This document shows positions 59,277 to 64,000 of a stretch of 64,000 nt of DNA, piece by piece. This stretch comes from a candidate division FCPU426 bacterium (GTDB lineage Bacteria > Oederibacteriota > Muellerivitia > Muellerivitales > Muellerivitaceae), in NCBI GenBank assembly GCA_963771075.1, contig CAVYSE010000020.1:32001-96000 (forward strand), given 5' to 3'. The stretch's first letter is position 1; each line of letters starts with the position of its first letter. Position numbers and translations under genes: made by a program. The notes under the pieces were generated by a model. It worked only from the letters and a program-made list of their open reading frames with translations. It did no database searches and had not been told where the DNA came from.

Positions 59277-61580
59277 ATGGACCTTCAGCCGATCCTGAAC
59301 TCAATGGTTGAAAAAAAGGCATCCGATGTCCATATGAAGGCCGGGGCCCCTCCCATGTTCCGCATTGACGGCGACCTTCAGCCCCAAAGTGAGACCCCGC
59401 TTACCCCCCAGGAATTGGCCGAAGTGGCCTCCTACCTAATGGATGAAAAACAACAACGCACTTTTTTTGAAGAACACCGGGAAGTGGACTTAGCTTACGC
59501 AGTGGAAGGCCTAGCCCGTTTTCGGACGAACGCCATGTGGCAAAGGGGTCTGCCCGAGATCATCATGCGGGTAATTCCCCAGATCATTCCCCGTATTGAG
59601 GACATCAATATGCCCACTGCCGTTCTAAAACAAATCGCTTCAGAACAACGGGGCTTGATCCTTGTTACGGGTATCACCGGATCAGGCAAAAGCACCACAT
59701 TGGCTTCCTTGATCAATGAGATCAACCTGAACCGATCCGCTCATATAGTTACAATCGAGGACCCGATTGAGTTTGTGCACACGGATAAAAAATCAAGTGT
59801 TTCCCAAAGGGAAGTGGGTCTGGATACCGAAAGCTTCAAGTCGGCACTGAAATATGTGTTGCGCCAGGATCCGGATGTCATCCTGATCGGTGAAATGCGT
59901 GATGTGGAGACGGTTTCAGCCGCTATTTCGGCGGCTGAGACGGGACATTTAGTGTTCTCCACCCTTCATACGATGGATTCCATTCAGACCATTGAGCGTA
60001 TCCTTGATTTTTTCCCTCCGACCCAACAAAACCAGATCCGTGTCCAACTTTCGGGAACCATTCGTGCAATCATTTCCCAGCGACTGGTTGGGAAGGCGGA
60101 TGGGGTTGGAGTGGTTCCAGCTTGCGAGATATTGATCGCCACGCCCACCATCAAGTCGCTGATCGGGGAAGGGAAAATCTCCACCATCCGGGGTTTCATC
60201 GCCGAGGGCCACAGCCAGTATGGCATGCAGACATTTGACCAGTCCCTGATCGAATTGGTCCGAAAAGGCATGATCACCAAGGAAAACGCCATGGAACAGG
60301 CCACTTCCCCCAGTGAAATTGACCTGGGGTTAAAAGGGATTTCCTCTTCCAAAGCCTCAGCCCAATCCCTTATTTCCCAGATGGAAAACAGTCAGCAAAA
60401 AGAGCGTTTGAGTGGATGGCTAAAACGCGCCCAGGAACTTTATGGAAAAAATAGAGAGGATGAGGCACGGGCCGAATTGCGGCGAATCCTACAGGAACAG
60501 CCAGACCATAAGGAAGCCAACGCTCTGATGGCCCGAATCCGGGAAAAGGACGATCAATCCGAAAAGAAAAAGGATGTATCGGGTATCGTTAAAACTGCCC
60601 TTCAAATGTACCGGGAAGGAAAACAACAAGCTTCTATACTGGAGTTTCAAAAAGCCTTGGAATTGGACCCCAGTAATAAACAGGCTGAGGGTTACGTCCG
60701 TTCCATTCGCGCCGAGTTGGAAAATCAAACCAAGGCCAGGGAAATCTTCCAAACAGCACTCCAAGTCCAGCAGTCCGGTGATTTAGCTGCAGCGCTCTCC
60801 CAAGTTGAGCAGGCACTCGCCTTGGATCCAACCCACGAGCAGGCCAAGGTTCTCCAACGTAATTTGAGATTGGCGATTCAAAAGGAACAGGCCAAGGTAA
60901 AAGCGGGTGAATACAGTCAAACGGCGGTGGATTTATATAAAAACGGAGACCTTTTGGGGGCCCTTGTTGCGTGGAACAGGGCTTATGAGTTGAACCCGGA
61001 CTTGGAAGAGGTGGCGCGGTACCTCCATCAGGGTATCCAGAAACTGTTGTCTTTCGGGGTGGAGGGGATCGATTTGAACCCGGAGAAGGAAACTATTTTG
61101 GGCCTTTTTGAACAGGGCGTCCGCAGTTATGTTCGGGGCGATTTCCAAACCGCCATTGAGTTTTTCAAGAAGGCTACGGGGAAGGCCGAAGGTAATACCT
61201 ATCTAGCGGCCTATCTCCAAAAATCAACCCAGATGTTGGAAGACCAGATAAATGATATTTTCCAGGCCGGGTGGCGCGCCCACCAGGCAGGAGAGTGGTT
61301 AAACGCCCAAAAAGAGTATTCCAAGGTTCTCCGCCTTTCTCCTGGGCACCCCGAGGTGGTCCGCCAATTGGGGGAGCTGAAAATTCATATTCAGCAAGAA
61401 TCCGAAAAGCTTTACCAAGAGGGGAAAAAGTCGTTCGAGGCCAACGACACGGATCAAGCCATAAGGGTTTGGGAAAAAATATTGGAATTGGATCCGTCGA
61501 ATGAAAGGGCTTTGAAAAAAATCGAGGAGGCCAAATTGAAAAAAAACACCCTCAGTGGCATCTTCTCGAAGATAGGTTAG
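59277..61580 (+). CDS. pilT: PilT/PilU type IV pilus retraction ATPase fused to a ~400-aa TPR array
   Basis: ASDVH, TGITGSGKST, TIEDPIE, LRQDPDVILIGEMRD, ETGHLVFSTLHT, GMQTFDQ, then multiple TPRs. Confidence 0.9.
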   Translation: MDLQPILNSMVEKKASDVHMKAGAPPMFRIDGDLQPQSETPLTPQELAEVASYLMDEKQQRTFFEEHREVDLAYAVEGLARFRTNAMWQRGLPEIIMRVIPQIIPRIEDINMPTAVLKQIASEQRGLILVTGITGSGKSTTLASLINEINLNRSAHIVTIEDPIEFVHTDKKSSVSQREVGLDTESFKSALKYVLRQDPDVILIGEMRDVETVSAAISAAETGHLVFSTLHTMDSIQTIERILDFFPPTQQNQIRVQLSGTIRAIISQRLVGKADGVGVVPACEILIATPTIKSLIGEGKISTIRGFIAEGHSQYGMQTFDQSLIELVRKGMITKENAMEQATSPSEIDLGLKGISSSKASAQSLISQMENSQQKERLSGWLKRAQELYGKNREDEARAELRRILQEQPDHKEANALMARIREKDDQSEKKKDVSGIVKTALQMYREGKQQASILEFQKALELDPSNKQAEGYVRSIRAELENQTKAREIFQTALQVQQSGDLAAALSQVEQALALDPTHEQAKVLQRNLRLAIQKEQAKVKAGEYSQTAVDLYKNGDLLGALVAWNRAYELNPDLEEVARYLHQGIQKLLSFGVEGIDLNPEKETILGLFEQGVRSYVRGDFQTAIEFFKKATGKAEGNTYLAAYLQKSTQMLEDQINDIFQAGWRAHQAGEWLNAQKEYSKVLRLSPGHPEVVRQLGELKIHIQQESEKLYQEGKKSFEANDTDQAIRVWEKILELDPSNERALKKIEEAKLKKNTLSGIFSKIG

Positions 61581-61593
61581 GAAAGGGAATAAC

Positions 61594-61995
61594 ATGAAAA
61601 CACTTATCGTATTGGGGGGGATCCTCATCCTCGTTTTGGCCGTGTTTTTGAATGCGAAGATGCTCGCCGAACAGGCGGAGCAATGGGTCAAGAACAATCC
61701 GAAAGATCCACACGCGCCAGAGGTTCTTTATTACGCCGCCCGTTATTGCGATATCTTGGGCGATAACGCAAAGGCCCAATCCGTTTATTGGGAAGTTTAC
61801 CAGCAGTACCCGGAAAATTCAGCCTTGTGTGCCGCTTCCCTCTATTATGAAGCCGACAATAAGGTCGAGACGTCCGCCGCTACGAGAAACTACGCGATAC
61901 CCATCCTGGATATCGTGCTTAACCAATATTCAAGTGAGGAGGAATGGGTGCAAAAGGCAAAAGCTCTCAGGGACCAGGTGACTTATGTTCGATAA
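61594..61995 (+). CDS. Small exported TPR-like protein
   Basis: N-terminal hydrophobic helix; APEVLYYAA...YQQYP pattern; SD GGGA. Confidence 0.65.
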   Translation: MKTLIVLGGILILVLAVFLNAKMLAEQAEQWVKNNPKDPHAPEVLYYAARYCDILGDNAKAQSVYWEVYQQYPENSALCAASLYYEADNKVETSAATRNYAIPILDIVLNQYSSEEEWVQKAKALRDQVTYVR

Positions 61996-63178
61996 CATTT
62001 TTAAAAGGGAAGCTTTCGCTTTCGCGCTTTTTCTTTTATTGGCCAATGTCAACTTCGCCATCGCCAAGACCATTGAGGTAGAGGTGGACGGGGATGAATC
62101 GGCGACACCCACCTTGACATCTGAAACTGTGAGCTTCACGCCCACTGTTGCTTTACCGGTTGGCAGGGCCACCGGCGCGGATTCTATCTCTGCCGCGACT
62201 AGCACGGTGACTCCACGGTTTTCCTTATCTTCTCCGACTGGTACGGCTACTATCGCGAGTTCTGTTCCTGCCGCGACAAATACGGCGACTCCAGAACTTT
62301 CCGAACCTTCTGCGACGAATACTCCGACTCAAGAACTTTCGGATGATTCAGCGAATACCGAGGAAACACCTACCCCTACACCAATCCTGGAGCCTTCGCC
62401 CACGGACACTGAGACGGTGGTTCCGAAAAAGGAGCCTGTTCAGGCCCCCGCACGGACAGTGCCTTCGTTAAAGTTAAAAAGGGTTCGTGCAGCGCAGGAC
62501 ATCAGCTTTTATTCTTTCCTTTCTTCCGGGTTCGTGGTTATGGATTCGGAGCCTAGGGAAATTCTGGGATTGGTGTATGCCTTTGAAGGCGACCCCATGA
62601 GCTATAGCCAGCCCTCGGAAGCCCATGTCAAGCTTGATCATCCAACACGCTCCAAGGTGGGCGACCTGCTCACGATTTATCACCTATACAAAAAATCGTT
62701 GGACAATTCCGAGCTTGGTTTTCAGGGGTCATGGGCGGAAATTCAAGCGGTCGTGCAGATCCAGGAAATCATCAAGGATATGGCTCGAGTTAAAATCATC
62801 GAAGGTTTTCAGCCTTTTTCCAATGGGGACATGGCGCGGGATTGCGGTATCGACGTGAAACGCTGGAAAAAAGCCCAAACCAAGAAAAATCTGCCTTTGG
62901 CCGATATTTCCTGCTCCGTGGCGGGCGGCTATCCATTGAACGTCCAATACAAGCAAACGGATACCATCGTGCTAACGGCTGGAAGTGATAAGGGTTTGGT
63001 GGAAGGAATGGTGTTTGAATTAGACCGCAAAACCGATCGGGGATTGGAGGGAAACCCACTATTCAATCCCCTCGGATTCGCCGAGGTTTTTTTCTGCGGA
63101 AATCAATACAGCTTGGCGCGTGTTACGGAGTCCAGGGATGGCATCCAGAAGGGATTCGCGGCCTTCTACCGGCCCTGA
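61985..63178 (+). CDS. Exported hypothetical protein with Thr/Ser/Pro linker and FlgT-C-like beta domains
   Basis: Signal peptide, T/P-rich tract, AGSDKGLVEGMVF motif. Confidence 0.6.
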   Translation: MFDNIFKREAFAFALFLLLANVNFAIAKTIEVEVDGDESATPTLTSETVSFTPTVALPVGRATGADSISAATSTVTPRFSLSSPTGTATIASSVPAATNTATPELSEPSATNTPTQELSDDSANTEETPTPTPILEPSPTDTETVVPKKEPVQAPARTVPSLKLKRVRAAQDISFYSFLSSGFVVMDSEPREILGLVYAFEGDPMSYSQPSEAHVKLDHPTRSKVGDLLTIYHLYKKSLDNSELGFQGSWAEIQAVVQIQEIIKDMARVKIIEGFQPFSNGDMARDCGIDVKRWKKAQTKKNLPLADISCSVAGGYPLNVQYKQTDTIVLTAGSDKGLVEGMVFELDRKTDRGLEGNPLFNPLGFAEVFFCGNQYSLARVTESRDGIQKGFAAFYRP

Positions 63179-63187
63179 AAAAGCCCA

Positions 63188-64000
63188 TTGACCCTCCAAC
63201 CATCGTCCGGCCCGCCCTCGAATCCGGCGCCGGAAGAAGACATGCATCTACAGGGAATTATGAAGCACCTCTTTGCGGCAAAAGGTTTCGACGCTTCCAG
63301 GTACAAACGAAACTACATCAAACGCAGGATCGCCGTCCGGATGAGGGCGACGGGTTCAGGGACTTACGAGGAATACGGCCGCTTCTTGCGGCGCAAGCCA
63401 TCCGAGATGAGTCTTCTGTTGGACCGATTGACCATTCACGTGACCGGTTTTTTCCGCGATCAGGCAGTTTTCCGGGCGTTGCGGGAAAGGGTATTTTCCA
63501 ATCCGACGAAAGGAGATCTTTTCAAGGTGTGGTCAGCCGGATGCAGCACCGGCGAGGAGGCCTATTCAACAGCTATCGCGCTTAAGAATTGGGCCTTGGA
63601 TCATCCTCCCTTCCCGTTTGAAATTTGGGCCACGGATATCGATCCTCAAAGCGTTCAAACGGCCGAAAAAGCTCAATACCCGGTTGAGGCCCTCTCCCAG
63701 GTGGATCGGGCCAGCCTGTCACGATGGTTTTACACCCAACAAGATAAGGCGGGAATCGTGGAGGAACTGAGGAAAAATGTCCGTTTTAGGACTCATGATT
63801 TACTGGGAGGATGGCCATCGGACTTGGATGGGTTTGACCTGGTCCTTTGCCGAAACGTGATGATTTATATGACCGCGTCCCAACAGCAAATTCTTTACCA
63901 CAAATTCGCAAAAGCGCTAGTTCCCGGCGGCTTTTTGGTGTTGGGTCTGACCGAAACGCTCATGGGCAAGGCTCGAGAGTTGTTTCATTGCGTGGACGTG
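63188..64000 (+). CDS. cheR: CheR-type protein-glutamate O-methyltransferase (3'-truncated; missing from the ORF track)
   Basis: Own translation: YK..YIKRRIAVRM, LTIHVTGFFRD, VWSAGCSTGEEAYS, ATDID, FDLVLCRNVMIY, PGGFLVLG; start could be 63242 or 63260. Confidence 0.93.
   Translation, partial: MTLQPSSGPPSNPAPEEDMHLQGIMKHLFAAKGFDASRYKRNYIKRRIAVRMRATGSGTYEEYGRFLRRKPSEMSLLLDRLTIHVTGFFRDQAVFRALRERVFSNPTKGDLFKVWSAGCSTGEEAYSTAIALKNWALDHPPFPFEIWATDIDPQSVQTAEKAQYPVEALSQVDRASLSRWFYTQQDKAGIVEELRKNVRFRTHDLLGGWPSDLDGFDLVLCRNVMIYMTASQQQILYHKFAKALVPGGFLVLGLTETLMGKARELFHCVDV

Noticed and set aside
1..64000. Numerous overlapping antisense or alternate-frame ORFs; tRNA, rRNA, CRISPR, intact transposase or phage genes
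   Set aside because: Shadow ORFs are expected from high GC and T/P repeats; none of the RNA or mobile-element classes was recognised

Overview
A GC-rich bacterial chromosomal window from a diderm lineage. The many Thr/Pro-rich secreted proteins with FlgD/T9SS-like C-terminal domains and a PorV-like barrel suggest an uncultured candidate phylum (inference only). (1) 1-19.7 kb is a cell-surface cluster: Cys-rich and Thr/Pro-stalk proteins, a decayed AT-rich spacer with a 39-bp perfect palindrome and a 13-aa Lys-rich micro-gene, an ECF sigma/anti-sigma pair, a broken ~1800-aa NHL/CBM surface protein, a PorV/PorQ-like barrel, a YadA-like trimeric autotransporter, a Sel1 protein, a PilZ protein and a GH16 glucanase. 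(2) 20-32.4 kb holds a GT-C-like membrane protein, two tandem orphan histidine kinases, two MFS transporters, prmC and HPr. (3) 33-42.2 kb is a sulfate uptake/activation operon (OprO/P-like porin, sbp, an embedded HPr, cysT-cysW-cysA, cysD-cysN). Its ~720-nt leader holds THREE tandem SAM-II-like riboswitches, each with its own terminator/antiterminator; this is the strongest finding. (4) 42.4-64 kb is housekeeping: GH57/DUF3536, glgB, accA, amidase, GerMN, valS, nadC, birA, coaX, a DUF2723 pair, PilT-TPR and cheR. Several frameshifts lie in homopolymer runs and are probably long-read errors. All family assignments are from motif recognition, not database searches.
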